A stretch of DNA of 64,000 bases from Mobula hypostoma. Its lineage: Eukaryota. This document shows, piece by piece, positions 40,206-53,469 of this stretch. Within the stretch, counting starts at the first letter, position 1. Every line of letters starts with the position of its first letter. Under the pieces are notes generated by a model that was not told where the DNA came from, made no database searches, and saw only the letters and a list, made by a program, of their open reading frames with translations. Position numbers and translations under genes: made by a program. The stretch covers positions 32,490,001 to 32,554,000 of the forward strand of contig NC_086097.1 in the NCBI RefSeq assembly GCF_963921235.1. Direction: 5' to 3'.

Positions 40206-40689
40206 CTGAAACAGAAAAAGAGATGAGGTTGTTACATAATGGGCTAAGAGGACGAATGCTTTTAGCTCATTGATCTTCAAGTTTCAAAGTAAATCTATAA
40301 TTTTTCTATCTCTAAAAAACTCACTAGATACATAGATGATACAAAAATGGAGGGCTATATAGGATGGAAAGGTTAGATTGACTTTAGAGTAGTTTGAAAG
40401 GTTGGCAAAATATCGTGGGCTGAAGGGCCTGTATTGTGCTGCAACGTCTATGTTCTATATTTATTATCCAAGTACGTATATGTTACCATATACTACCTCG
40501 AGATCCATTTACTTGCAGACATTTACAGGAAAATAAAGAAATAAAATAGAATCTATGAAAAACCATACTTAAGCAAAGGCTTAATCAATGTGTAAAAGAA
40601 AATAAACTGCAAATAAAAGAAATATAACACTGAGAATCAGTTATAAAATAATCCAAAATGGTCTAAATTTATTACAATTATTAACACAA

Positions 40690-42054
40690 AATAATTGAAT
40701 GCATAATTACTCACCCCCTTCAAGTCAGTAAATGCACCTTGGGTTGTAATTACAGCCTTGAGACTGTGTGGATAGGTCTCTATCAGCATTGCACATCTGA
40801 ACACTGCAATTTTTCCCCTTTCTTCTTTACAAAGGTGCTCAAGCTCTGTCAGATTGCATGGAGATCATGAGTAAACAGCCGTTTTCAAGTCCAGCCACAA
40901 ATTCTCAATTGGGCTGAGGGCTGGATTCTGACTTGGTCACTCCATGACATTAACTTTGTTCTCTTTAAGTCATTCCTATGTAGCTTTGGTTTTATGTTTG
41001 GGTTCATTGTGTTGCTGGAAAACAAATCTTCTCTCAATTCGCAGTTCTTGTGTGTTTTTGATGATGTGTATGTGGTGTTTGGCTTACGCCAAACATAGCG
41101 TTTAGTCTGATCGCCAAAAAGCTGAATTTTGGTTTCATCAAACCATAGCACCGTTAGTGTTTAATAATTATAATAAGTTTAGACCAATTTGGGCTGTTTT
41201 ATAACTTATGTTCTCAGTATTATATTTCTTTTATTTGCACAGCTGACTTCAGAGACCTCAGAGACTTCTGGCAAACTCTAGCCAAGATTTCATGTGAATT
41301 ATTTTCAACAGTGGCTTTCTCTTTGCCTCTCTCCTATAAAGCTGTGACTAGTGAAGCACCCGGACAACAGTGTTTGAATGCACAGTCTCTCCCATCTCAG
41401 CTACTGAAGCTCATAGCTCCTCCAGAGCTGTCATGGGTCTCTTGATGGCCTCCCTCCTTAGTCCCTTCTTGCACAGTCATTCAGTTTTTGAGGACAGCCT
41501 ACTCTAGGCAGATTTACAGCTGCACTACGTTCTTTCCATTTTTTGATGACTGACCTAACTGTGCTCCGAGGGATACTTAGTGACTTGGGAATTTTCTTGT
41601 ATCTATCTTCTGACTTGTGCTTTTCAACAACCTTTTCACGGAGTTGCTTGGAGTGTTCTTTTGTCTTCATGGTGTAGTTTTTACTATGTACTGACTCACC
41701 ATCAGTTGGACCTTCCAGATACACGTGTATTTTTACCACAATCAATTGAAACACCTTGACTGACAGATGATCACCATTTAACTGAGTATGTGACTTCTAA
41801 AACCAATTGGCTGCACCAGTGATGATTTGGGATGGCATACTAAAGGGAATGAATACTTATGCAATCAATTATTTTGTTTTATATTTGTAATTAATTTAGA
41901 TCACTTTGTAGAGATATATTTTCACTTTGACACGAAAGAGTCTTTTTCTGTTGATCAGTGTCAAAAAAAGTCAAATTAAATCCACTGTGATTCAACATTG
42001 TAAAACAATAGAACATGAAAACTTCCAAGGGTGAATACTTTTTAATCGGCACTG
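40690..42054 (-). mobile_element. Tc1/mariner transposon relic
   Basis: MKTKEHSKQLREKVV..IPRSTVRSVIKKWK (HTH), LWFDETKIQLFG, degenerate WPS..IENLW; CACTG|TA terminus at 42054. Confidence 0.88.
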
Positions 42055-42685
42055 TATATGATAACAGACCACAGCCTTGTATATCCTCACAATCATCTTA
42101 ATCCTAAATGGCCAATCCCTTATCCCAGGACAAGGTTCTCAGGGCTAAGGGAAGAATTTCTGACCATCAAAATCAGAATCAGAATCAGGTTTATTATCAA
42201 TAACATGCCATGAAATTAGTTGTTTTGCACAGCAGTACAGTGCAATATATAAATATAATCATAAATTACAATGAGTATAAAAAATAAATTAGTCCAAAAT
42301 AGTGAGATAGCGTCCATGGACTGTTCAGAAATCTTATGGCAGAGGGGAAGAAGCTAGAGGTTTCCAGCATTTCCTGCTTTTACTTGGCTTCATGTAGTGG
42401 CACAGTAGCATGTAGCAGTTAATGCAATGCTTTACAGTGCCAGCAATTGGGTTTCAGTTCCCACCTCTGTCTGTAAGGAATATGTATATTCTCCCAGTGA
42501 CTGCGTGTATTTCATTCGGGTACTCTGGTTTCCTCCCACATTCCAAAGACATACAGGGTGGTGTTAGTAAGACTGGGCATTCTATGTTGCCACCAGAAGT
42601 ATGGTGGCACCTGTGAGATGCCCCCAGCACAATCCTTGGATTGTGTTGGTCGTTGACACAACCAATGCCTTTCACTGTATGTTTC

Positions 42686-43600
42686 CATAAGACCATAAGA
42701 CATAGGAGCAGAATTAAACCATTTGGACCATTGAGTCTCCTCTGCCATTTGATCATGGTTGATTTATTATCCCTCTCAACCCCATTCTCCTGTCTTCTCT
42801 TCATGAGCTTTGACACTCTTACTAATCAAGATCCTATCAACCTCTGCTTTAAATATACCCAATGACTTGGCCTCCACAGCCGTTTGTGGCAATGAATTCC
42901 ACAGATTCAGCACCCTCTAGATAAATAAATTCCTGCTCATCTCTCTTCTAAAGGGATATCCTTATACTTTGAGGCTATGCCCTCTGGTCCTAGACTCTCC
43001 CACTACAGAAAACACCCTCTCCAATATCCACTCCATCTAGGTTTTTCAATATTCGATAGGTTTCAATGAGATCCTCATTCATTCTTCTAAATTACAGTGA
43101 GTACAACCCAAAACCATGCAATGCTCCTCATAATGTTAACTCTTTCATTCCTGGAATCATTCTTGTGAACCTTCTCTAGACTCTCTCCAATGCCATCAAA
43201 TGCTTTCTTAGCTAAGCAGCCCAAAACTGCTCACAATACTCCAAGTACAGTCTAATCAATGTCTTATAAAGCCTCAGCATTACATCCTTGCTTTTACATT
43301 CTAGTTCTCTCAAGAAATGCTAACATTATATTGCATTTGCCTTCCTTACCACCGACTCATTCTGCAACATAACCTTTAAGGAATCCTGCACTGAGGCTCC
43401 CAAGCATCTTTGCATCCCTGATTCCTGAATTTTCTCCCCATTTAGAAAATTGTCTGCACCTTTATTCCTTCTTCCAAAATGCATGACCATACACTTCCCT
43501 ACACTGTATTCTATCTGCTCCTTGTTTACCCATTTTCCTAATCTGTCTTAGTTTAGGTTCTACTGCGGACTCCCTGCTTCCTCAACACTATCTCTGCATT
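42686..43600 (-). mobile_element. CR1 3' portion inserted into a V-SINE
   Basis: cataagac tail repeats at 42686; SINE sequence resumes at ~43612. Confidence 0.8.
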
Positions 43601-44052
43601 GTCTGCTAACATTATTCATGTACATATGATCAATAATTGAATTTGGACCTGAATCTGAGATGTCTTATATGAGTCACTGCTAATGCAAGATAGGAAGAGT
43701 GATAGTGCAGGCAGAAAGCTATTGTCACTGGGACCAAGGAATCAGAACCCAAGGTTCTACCTCAATGCACTGTGTAATGAATTGATCTGTATAAACAGTA
43801 TGCAAGACAAGCTTTTCACTGTATCTTGATAAATGTGACAATAATAAACAAATTCTAACTCCAAATTAAGTACTGCATCAATAATGTACTGGGAGAGTCA
43901 GCACGGTTATGTTCCTGAGATACAGAAGTCAATTCTGTAAAGTTATTCAGAAATCCTTCTTTACTCTCCTTTCAGGCTAGATTGTGGGTTCTCTTTCTCT
44001 GTGCTTAATGTAAAGAATAATCACTGTTTTACACATTAACAAATAAGCGTAC

Positions 44053-44252
44053 CGAGTGTCTCTGGTCTCTTGGTGGAGATGGTGATGTGCATTGGAGCCA
44101 CGTTTCCATGCTGAGTCAAAACTAACACCAGCTGCTTCACAAGGTGGCCCTCACCCAGGATTCCAATGCGCAGACAACCGCTGTTGGATTGGAGTATCTG
44201 GAACTTCGCCATCCAGGAATGGGGAAAACAGGTGTTTTCCAGCACATGGCAT
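44053..44252 (-). CDS. NOXRED1: NOXRED1 exon 2 (Rossmann-fold start)
   Basis: Acceptor cctgcag, donor gtacgc, 200 nt. Encodes ...LRIGILGEGHLVKQLVLVL...ITISTKRPETL; cf. VGIIGGGHLGKQL...ISTRRPETL. Confidence 0.93.
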
Positions 44253-44594
44253 CTGCAGGAATTGCACAGTATAGTTAGCTTACTTTAAGCAGTGAATCAC
44301 ACAGAATTGTAATTTCACCGCAGAGGTGTTGTAACACCATCTGCATCTAGCTGACAACGACAAATATTGCCCAAGTGTATCTGCCTGCAAAAAGCAAGAC
44401 CAATCCATGTTGTTCATTAATAAATAATCTGGCATCTCAGTGTTTGGAAATCATAACGATTTATAGATTTAAAGATAAAGATTAGCTTCATTTGTCACAT
44501 GTACATTGAAACATAAAATGTCTATATTTCATTTGGAATTTGAATAGATTTGATTTGTCACCTAAAACACTTGAAAACTTCCATAAATGTATTA

Positions 44595-45608
44595 AAATCA
44601 GAATCAGGTTTATTATTACCGGCATGTGACATGAAATTTGTTAATTCAGCAGCAGCAGCAGTTCAATGCAATACATAATATAGAAGATAAACAAACAAAC
44701 AAACAAACAAACAAACAAATAAATAAATAAATAAATAAATGGATCACGGTATATGTATATTGAATAGATTAAAACATGCAAAAACATAAATTCTGTATAT
44801 TAAAAAGGTGAGGTAGTGTCCAAGGGTTCAATGTCCTTTTAGGAATCGGATGGCAGAGGGGAAGGAGCTGTTCCTGAATCGCTGTGTGTGTGCCTTCAGG
44901 TTTCTGTATCTCCTATCTGATGGTAACAGTGAGAAAAGGGCATGCCCTGGGTGCTGGAGATCCTTTATAATGAGGCTTGCCTTTCTGAGACACCGTTCCT
45001 TGAAGATGTCCTGGGTATTTTGTAGGCTAGTACCCAAGATACAGCTGACTTGATTTACTTCCTCCTGCAACTTTTTTGGTCCTGTGCAGTAGCCCCTCCA
45101 TACCAGACAGTGATGCAGCCTGTCAGAATGCTCTCCATGGTACATCTATAGAAGTTTTTGAGTGTATTTGTTGACATGCCAAATCTCTTCAAACTCCTAA
45201 TGAGGTATAGCTGCTATCTTGCCTTCTTTATAACTACACCCATATGTTGGGACCAGGTTAGATCCTCAGAGATCTTGACACCCAGGAACTTGAAGCTGTT
45301 CACTCTCTCCACTTCTGATCCCTCTATGAGGACTGGTATGTGTCCCTTCATCTTACCCTTCCGGAAGTTCACAGTCAGCTCTTTCACCTTACTGACGTTG
45401 AGTGCCAGGTTGTTGCTGTGGCACCACTCCACTAGTTTGGCATATCTCACTCCTGTATACCCTCTCGTCACCACCTGAGATTCTACCAACAATGGTTGTA
45501 TTGTCAGCAAATTTATAGATGGTATTTGAGCTATGCCTAGCCACACAGTAATGTGAATATAGAGCGTAGAGTAGTGGGCTAAGCACACACCCCTGAGGTG
45601 CACCAGTG
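44595..45608 (-). mobile_element. Rex1/Babar 3' portion
   Basis: LSPLLYALY, KFADNTT, LALNVSKVKEL; tail at 44595. Confidence 0.83.
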
Positions 45609-45962
45609 TATCATGGAGAGCATTCTGACAGGCTGCATCGCTACCTGGTATGGGGTGATGGGGTGGGGGCTACTGCACTGGGCTGAAAGAAGCTACAGAA
45701 AGTTGTAAAATTTGTCAGCTCTATCTTGGGTACTAGCCTCTATAGTATCCAAGACCCCCATCACCCAGGGCATGCCTTTTTCTCATTGTTACCATCAGGT
45801 AGGAGGTACAGAAGCCTGAAGGCACACACTCAGCGACTCAGGAACAGCTACTTTCCCTCTGCCATATGATTCCTAAATGTACATTGAACCCATGAACACT
45901 ACCTCACTTTTTAAAAAATAAATATTACTTCTATTTTTGCACTATTTTAATCTATTCAATAT

Positions 45963-46024
<62 letters not shown>

Positions 46025-46145
46025 ATACATATATATACACACACACACTTTTTTTTCTTTCTGCATTATCATGTATTGCATTGTACTGCTTCCGCTAAGT
46101 TAACAAATTTCATGACACATGCCAGGGATAATAAATCTTATTCTG
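45609..46145 (+). mobile_element. Rex1/Babar 3' end abutting the previous copy head-to-head
   Basis: Runs catggagagcattctgacaggctgcatc to the tail; reverse-complementary to ~44600-45140. Confidence 0.8.
45960..46048. repeat. (CA)n(TA)n microsatellite; others: (GA)n 38774-38820, (AAAC)n(AAAT)n 44688-44740, (TA)n(CA)n 60655-60692
   Basis: Directly visible. Confidence 0.95.
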
Positions 46146-46814
46146 AAATGTGTGTTTCTTGCATCAATGAACGCAGTTCAAGAATGTGTTGGGGGCAGCT
46201 CACAAGTGTTGCCAGCTTCCGGCGCCAACATAGCATGCCTACAACTCACTAACCCTAACCCATATGTGTTTAGAATGTGGAGGAAACCAGTGCATTCAGA
46301 GGAAACTCATGTAGTCAAGGGGAGAATGTACAAACTCGCTACAGACCACACTGGCAAATGAACCCCGATCACTGGCGTTCCAAAGTATTAAGCTAACCAC
46401 TATACTACTCTGTCACGATGGTCTGCCAGCTGACTCATTCATTAGTAGAGTCTGAGCCGGGGATTCACAATGCAAATGGTGTGTGTGGTCAGAGGGAGGG
46501 GAGGGTCCAGAGTATAACTGGAACATGACTGGGAGTGTGGCTTGAAGCATGCTTGGGGTCCAGAATGCTGGGGTCAGTGATGTGGCCGTTTATTTTATGT
46601 TCCACTTACACTCACATAGTTCACTGGAAAATTCATTATAGTGCAGCATAACAGGTAAAAGAAATCTCAGATAAATGTATAAATGTTTACTTGGGCTGGT
46701 CTGGGCCACAACTGGATCACAACCCTAACAACACACACAAAATGCTGGAGGAACTCAGCAGGCCAGGAAGAATTTATGGAAAAAAGTAAACAGTCGATGT
46801 TTTGGGCTGTTCAT

Positions 46815-49800
46815 CAGAAATCCATACACACCAGGTCAAGTGGCCCCACTCTCTGCAAGTGGGACAACGGAGCAGCCCTCATAGGTAGCGTCTTCCTCCA
46901 TATACATTGAATGCATGACTTGCAGTACTCTTCAACCTCCAGCTTCATCTGGGGCTTGTAGAACCGGTCTCTGAGCAATCCATGGGTCTTGTCAACCCCC
47001 AAATGCCCAGAATCATCATGAAGCAATTTCAACACAATCCTCCGATACTTCTCAGGCAGAACTAGCTGCGAATGCTGAGGCCAGTCTGGAGATGATGTGA
47101 CCCACTATAGGATCTGGTTCCTTAATTCCAATCTGGGCTATTCTCTCAGTAATTAGGACACCGTGGCGTATTTTGTCCTGTCCGCTTGGTCTATGTCTCC
47201 CAACCGCTGACCAAATGGTACCAACACCTGGGTCATCTCGCTGAGCAGCTGCCACTTCCCCAGGATTCAATCCGGCAACTGGTTTGTCCTCAGAGCAGTC
47301 AGGTTACAGTAAGCTTGTGGGATGGCACCATCAGAAGCTCCCAACTGATCCACCACCTGATCCTGCCCTTGCCTTTCCTCTGCTTCCCTGTGACAGAAAA
47401 CTGGTATAAGGCTTTCACTCCAGGGCCAGGAACACCCGTCCACTCTCCATCCCTCTCCAGCCCGTCATGTGCACGTTGGGACTATGCATCGGCATCAATG
47501 TTTTACTTCCTGGCCAGTACTTCAGGCTGAAATCATAGGCAGACAACGCCACCATCCACTAAGGGCCTGTGGCATCCAATTTCACCGAGGTCAGGGAATA
47601 AGTTAGGCGATTGTTGTCCATCCTAACTCCAAACTTGGCACCATAGAGGTAGTCACTTAACTTATCCACCACAGCCATTTCAATGCCAGGAACTCCAACC
47701 TTTGTGTGGGATAGTTTTTCCTCAGAAGGTGACAGACTCTGGTTGATAAATGCAACAGGTCTCAACCCTGTGCACTGATCCTGATACAGGACATCCCCTA
47801 AGCCCTCTCTGCTGGCATCTGTATGCAGTACATACAACAATCTGGGGCCTGTAAAAGCCAGCACAGGAGCTTTTGTCAACAGCTTCTTCAGCGACTGAAA
47901 GGCCTCTTCATATTTCGCATCCCATCTCGCTCTAAAAGGTTCTGAAGGGCTAAGATCACTTTTACCATCCTCTCCTTTTGTCTTCCCTTTCTTCCCCAAG
48001 GGAGGGTAACCGCACGGAAGCTGATTTAAAGTGTGACTCACTTTAGAGTACCTTCACACACCTCTGATAGTACCCACAGAATCCAAGGAATGAGCACAAG
48101 GTGCTCACTGTCTAGGGCCTCGGCCATGTGGTCACCGCTTTGATCTTAGATGGATCTGTAACTACTCCATTCCGTGAGACTATGTGCCCAACATAGCTGA
48201 CAGACATCTTGCAGAACTGGCATTTGTCAGCTTTCAGGTGGCCCAGCACCTTCAGTAGTCTTGCTTCATGATCCTCCAAGGTGGACCCAAACACTATGAG
48301 ATCATTCAGATACTCTAATACCTCAGGAGCTTAGGAGGAGAAATGGCGCCTAACAGCGACTCCTTTGCTTGAATCTTTGGAAATAGCTCTATTTCCATCT
48401 TTAATATCTCTAATTTTCCCTTTCAGGGTTCTATTGAAGACCCTGACCTGGAGTTACATGCTGACTTTGGTTCTTTGTGGGAATGGGACCCGCTCTCGGG
48501 GTTTCACGACTGCCCAATATTCAATATGCCAAGGATGCGGCCTAAGAGCTTCGCTTGCCTTTGGAGGACCGAGATCTTGTGGCTCTGGAGAGAGGCGTCA
48601 CCAGAAAGAGGTGCGCCGTTGGCATCCCCTGCCTGAGGGTGACCTCCCACTCTGAAGTGTTCCTGACACTCACTGTCATCCTGTTCACCTGTACAACTGA
48701 GGACTTCTGCAGTTTGGGCTTCACCAGTACCCCACAGGTAAGCAGGACTCCTGTTCATGGTCTTCCGGAGCATTCTCCAGGAGGGCCTTGGCATCAGGCA
48801 TTCTAGGAAATTTGGGATTTCCTGTCACTCTAGCTGCTTCCCCAGGCCTGGACTGGGTGAACCACACAGTCCCTCGATTATGCTCATCATCTAGCCAGTG
48901 CAGCCACGCACTTCCTCAAAAGCAGCTCGGAAGCAGGGTGAACGGACAATGTTTTCAGAAAGCTCTCTCCAACTTCCTCCTTGCAGGCTCCCACTAGCCT
49001 CCTCAGAATAGGAGTATTCATCAGGAATAGGGTTTTTTGCTTTAGGGTGTTCCTTGACATATTGCTGGGAATGTGTTACCCCGAGAGACTAGGCCGTTCC
49101 CTCACTGGGTGTCTCCACTTAGGTACCCAGGGGCTCACTCTCTGAGGGTTTTCCTGTCCTTTACACTCCCGTCTGATGTGTCCTTCTTCACCACAGTTAT
49201 AACAGACAATACCGGTCGTCCTCCACTTCTCGTGGGACCCCGTTCACTTGCAGCCCTTTGCTTAGTCCATCCCCTAAGGGGGTATCTGACTCCCTGTTGG
49301 CTTTATGGTGTGGGGTGGCTGCACACGCTGATGACTACTGGGACATCTCAGCCCTAAACTCTGCCACAGGCTCCTTTACCACTCCCTGGGGTGGGTTATC
49401 AGTGGCTACTTCAGCCAAGGGGACTGTACCCTGAAGACAGAGGCCTCCTGTGTCTCCATCGCATTCTCCTCCTCTCTTACTTTTTGGATCAGCTCGACAA
49501 ATGAGGAAGTTTCAAAGGTACATTTAATGTCAGAGAAATGTATACAATATACACCCTGAAATGCTTTTTCTTCACAAACATCCACGCAAACAGAGGAGTG
49601 CCCCAAAGAATGAATGATAGTTAAATGTTAGGACCCCAAAGCCCCCCACCAGCTCCCCCCTGCCACACGTAAGCGGCAGCAAAGCAATGATCCTCCCTCC
49701 CCCACCAACAATCTTATAAGACATTTGGAGACCCCAAGCGATCAGAACCGGTGACAGGTGCCCCTTTCATCACTTGGTCCATTCTTAACTGATTCACCTC

Positions 49801-51442
49801 AGTGGTTTCAATGACCCCCCCCCAACACACACACTGCAAGCAACTCAGCTGCCTCTCTAGCCGAAAAAAGGTGTAAAGTTTCTCCCCCTTCTCCTGGAAC
49901 ATGTTCTGAAACCCTGTCATAAGCTCCATTGTCACGCCAAACCCATTTTCTAGTGCTTGCACGTAGCCCACAGAGGTGGCAAAGGGGTTCTGTGTCTTTA
50001 CAAATCTCACTACGTCAAACTTTCAATCATTCGCTGTCTTTTTATGTCATCAGAGCACTCCAGTATCTGAAAGGTCTGCTCCACCCAAGTCTCATACTCT
50101 TTCTCCCTCTCAGGGGTGGGCTTCACTCCGGAGAACATTCTCAGCTTTTGATAGCTAGGACCCTCCAACTGTGTACTCGGCCATTTATTCACCAGAGAGG
50201 TAAGGGCTGATACTAACTCGGAATTCTCACTCCTCACTGGGGGACTCATTAGACATATCAAATCAGACCACTCCTTCCCTTTGCTCCCAGAAACGAGAGC
50301 AACCTATCTTTGGAGACTCCGCCCCCAGCTAGAAACTGATCTCTGATTCTGCCTGCTCGCCTACACTCCCCTCCTTCCAGAAAGTATGGACAGCCCATGC
50401 CCCTCCACCCCTAGGGCCCCAATAGTACCAGGCAGTTCCACTGCCATTATGTCAGTGCTAGTCTGAACTAAAACAAAGTCTTTGCCTGCCATTTTATCAA
50501 ACCTCCGCTCCACAATCATAACTACTCCGGCTGCTTTAACAGTACTTAAAGTTTGAATTAACAATCCATCAGGAATACAAATATCTACCCCACTTAATAC
50601 ACATGCATTCATCACTAGTAACTGCATGGATTCGCACCACGGCTCAACCCCTGCAGCGTCCATAACCACGTATCTTAATTACTTTACTGGACAATGGTTT
50701 AAAACAGGTTTAAACACACAACCCACTAGATCAATGCTCAAGGCAATCATACGGTGTCCAATGAAATTGATCCCAGACAAGCCCCCATAATGAAACCCCA
50801 TTTCCTTGGCTGCGTAAGTATAGGGAAGATCCTCTCTGGTCCCGTCAAACTCGTGAGATTGAGATGGCTCTCCCACTCCAAATCCCAGTTTGTGTGGATG
50901 CTGTGTAATTTGCTACCCTGTTACAAATTAGCACTATGAAATAACAGATAGTGTACTGCATATGACTAAAGGAATTATATTTATGAATCTTAACTTAACT
51001 AAAGGGTTAGTAAAGGAAAACAAAAAGAAAAGGGCCCGTTTTAATTAACAGTCAATATACACAAGTTGGAGCTCATCTTGAACTTCTCTGTTACGCACGT
51101 GCTGGGCCCTCGGTCAGTGTGAAAGTGCATGCCACCTCCTGAACGTCATCGCAATCCATTTCCAACAAATGGGTCTCCCACTGGGTCGTATCTTACGACC
51201 GGTTCTCCCCAGCATCTTCTCTCCTCATCTCCCACTGAACAAAACCCCCAAACCTAACTTTAGTGTCCCTCATCAGAGAAACCTCCCCTCAGTTCTACCA
51301 TCCTAATCGGATGGCACACATTTCTTCTCATCCCTTATCTTCAACAGTAATCCAAACAAGCTGAAAAAACAGACTGCTCTTACAGAACTGCTAAATGAAA
51401 TACATACAGTATAACAGTAAAAATGTGAAGCAGAGCATAACA
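46815..51442 (-). mobile_element. Gypsy/Metaviridae LTR retrotransposon, decayed and 3'-truncated
   Basis: 5' LTR 50791-51442 (TG..CA) and PBS. PNMA-like gag (WCESMQL..; YQKLRMFSG..EYETWVEQ..RMIESL), RT (KCQF..VSYVGHIVS), RNase H (LHTDASREGLG) and integrase zinc-binding region (LHDDSGHLGVDKT..YCKSCIQC). Confidence 0.9.
50770..50787 (-). other. Primer-binding site, tRNA-Pro type
   Basis: TGGGGGCTTGTCTGGGAT, 3 nt after the LTR end; two C>T changes from TGGGGGCTCGTCCGGGAT. Confidence 0.85.
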
Positions 51443-51489
51443 GTACCATGGAGGAATCATGTTCTCATCCACAAAACCTTCTTTCCATT

Positions 51490-52100
51490 CCTTGAACCAA
51501 CTAATCCCCCATCACTACAGCTTGCTTCTTCTTCCCACTTTCTTTCTGAGACACAGAGCAATGCTCAGTGCCAGAGACCTCACTGCTGTGACTTTCCTCT
51601 GTTAAGCCATGCCACACCTCCAACCCCTATCAGTGGTACAGTATTGGGGAATGGTCACAGGGTTACTTGGAGGACCTATCCTCTTTCCCCTTCCTGACAG
51701 TTATCCAATTACCCGTGTCCTGCACTTTGAGAGTAACTAGCTTGCTGTATATCCTGTCTATCAATCTCTCAGCCTCCTGAATGATCCGGAATTCATCCAG
51801 TACCAGCTCCATCTCCTTAACACGGTCTGTAAGAAGCTGCAGCTGGATGCAGGTCTTGCAGATGTAGTCATCAGGGACACTGGATTCCCAAATCCTGCAT
51901 CTCACAAAATGAGTATTATACTATCCTGCCTGATATCCCCATTGCTCTAAATGTGCAACAAAAAGAAAGAATAAATAACGAAAAAAATCTACCTACAGCC
52001 TATGCCTCTTCTCACTGAAGTCCCAATGAGCCAAAGTCTTAAATCCCCACTCTAACACTGGCCCAATCACACAATGACCGCTTTGCTTAAACCTGGATTC
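51490..52100 (-). mobile_element. CR1 5' region / ORF1 remnant
   Basis: IWESSVPDDYICKTCIQLQLL..RVKEMEL, a zinc-finger/coiled-coil pattern typical of CR1 ORF1. Confidence 0.7.
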
Positions 52101-52132
52101 TCTGGATTGGATCTTGCCAAGTGCCTAATTAT

Positions 52133-52425
52133 GCACAGTCCAATGTCTCTTCGGGAACCGTGGTGCACAAGAAGTACTGACAGCCCCACTCTTCTTTTAA
52201 ATTTTCCCTCTGCACAGTCCGATGTCTCCTCGGGAACTGTGGCACGCAAAATGTACCAACTGTCCCCACTTGCTTCTTTTAAACTTTCTTCCTCTACACA
52301 ATCTGATGTCTCCTCTGGAAATGTGGCGCACAAAAAGAAGCGATAGCCCCGCTCGCTTCTTTTAAACTCTTTCCTTCCATGCAATCCGATGTCCCCTTGG
52401 GGACTGTAGTGCGCAAACTGTGCCC
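52133..52425. repeat. ~80-85-bp tandem repeat, ~3.5 units
   Basis: Units start gcacagtccaatgtc (52133), gcacagtccgatgtc (52212), acacaatctgatgtc (52296) and gcaatccgatgtc (52381). Confidence 0.85.
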
Positions 52426-52949
52426 AAAATTAATTCTGAATCTGAAATCTAAACAAACAATAATCTTGAAAATCCATTAGTCTAACATCGTCAAATTCCC
52501 AAGGTTAGAATCATAGATCACTACAGCACAGAAACAGGCTTTTTGGCCCACCTAGTCCATGCTGAACTGTTATTCTGTTGAGTTACAAGTGCTGGTTTAT
52601 TAGAGCTTTACTGTACTGACGAAAGAGTTCACTGTTAACCAGCCGCAGAGTGTACGATGGAATGTATTGTCACAATACTAGCAAGCAGCACATCCTGACC
52701 ACAACCGGCTCATTGACATCCAACGCGGGTCTCTCCAGGACAACAGGCTCCAGACCTGGTCACAACCTTAGTCCAGAGGCGGAATCAGATGGGCAGGGAG
52801 GGGCCAGAAAATCATTTTACAGTGGCAACTAATTTTGTACCTTTGGGCCACGTTACCAAATTGTTGGTTGCCGATTTTTACAGGTTATTGCACAGTGGTT
52901 ATTAATTAGGTTATGGTTTAAAAATTGATGCTTTAATGTTTAATACTGT

Positions 52950-53397
52950 ATATTCCGTCTAGGTAGCCTCCAACATGATAACATAAACATCAATTTCTTA
53001 AAACTTCTGGTAATTGCCCCCCCACCTTCACCATTCCCGTTTCCCTTATCTCCTTACCTGCCCATCACCTCCCTCTGGTGCTCCTCTCCCTTCCCTTACA
53101 ACCCTCTCCTATCAGATTCTTTCTTCTCCAGTCCTGTATCTCTTTCACCTATCAGCTTCCCTGCCCTTTACTTCACCCCTCCCCCTCCCAGTTTTACCTA
53201 TCACCTAGTATTTCTTCCCCCCTCCCCCCACCTTCTTGCTCTAATTTCTCATCTTTTTTCTCCAGTCCTGATGAAGGATCTCAGCCTGAAACGTCGACTG
53301 TACTCTTTTCCGTAGATGCTGCCTGGCCTGCTGAGTTCCTCCAGCATTTTGTGTGTGTTGCTTGGATTTCCAGTATCTGCAGATTTTTTCATCTTTG
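52950..53397 (+). mobile_element. Older Penelope 3' end with intact hammerhead (53263-53300)
   Basis: GIY-YIG tail remnant (ttccgtctaggtagcctccaac), pyrimidine-rich UTR, then CAGTC-CTGATGA-AGG..CCT-GAAAC-GTC-GACTG. Confidence 0.8.
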
Positions 53398-53469
53398 AAC
53401 TATTTGATAAAGTTGATTAGCGAAAAACTATTGATCAGAAAGTTAACAGAAATTTGAGAAATGCTTGAT

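Noticed and set aside
49714..50669. Domesticated PNMA-like host gene
   Set aside because: Gag is broken into several frames and sits within LTR-PBS-pol context.
52133..52425. CRISPR-like appearance of spaced repeats
   Set aside because: Whole units are homologous with no unique spacers; eukaryotic context and no cas genes.
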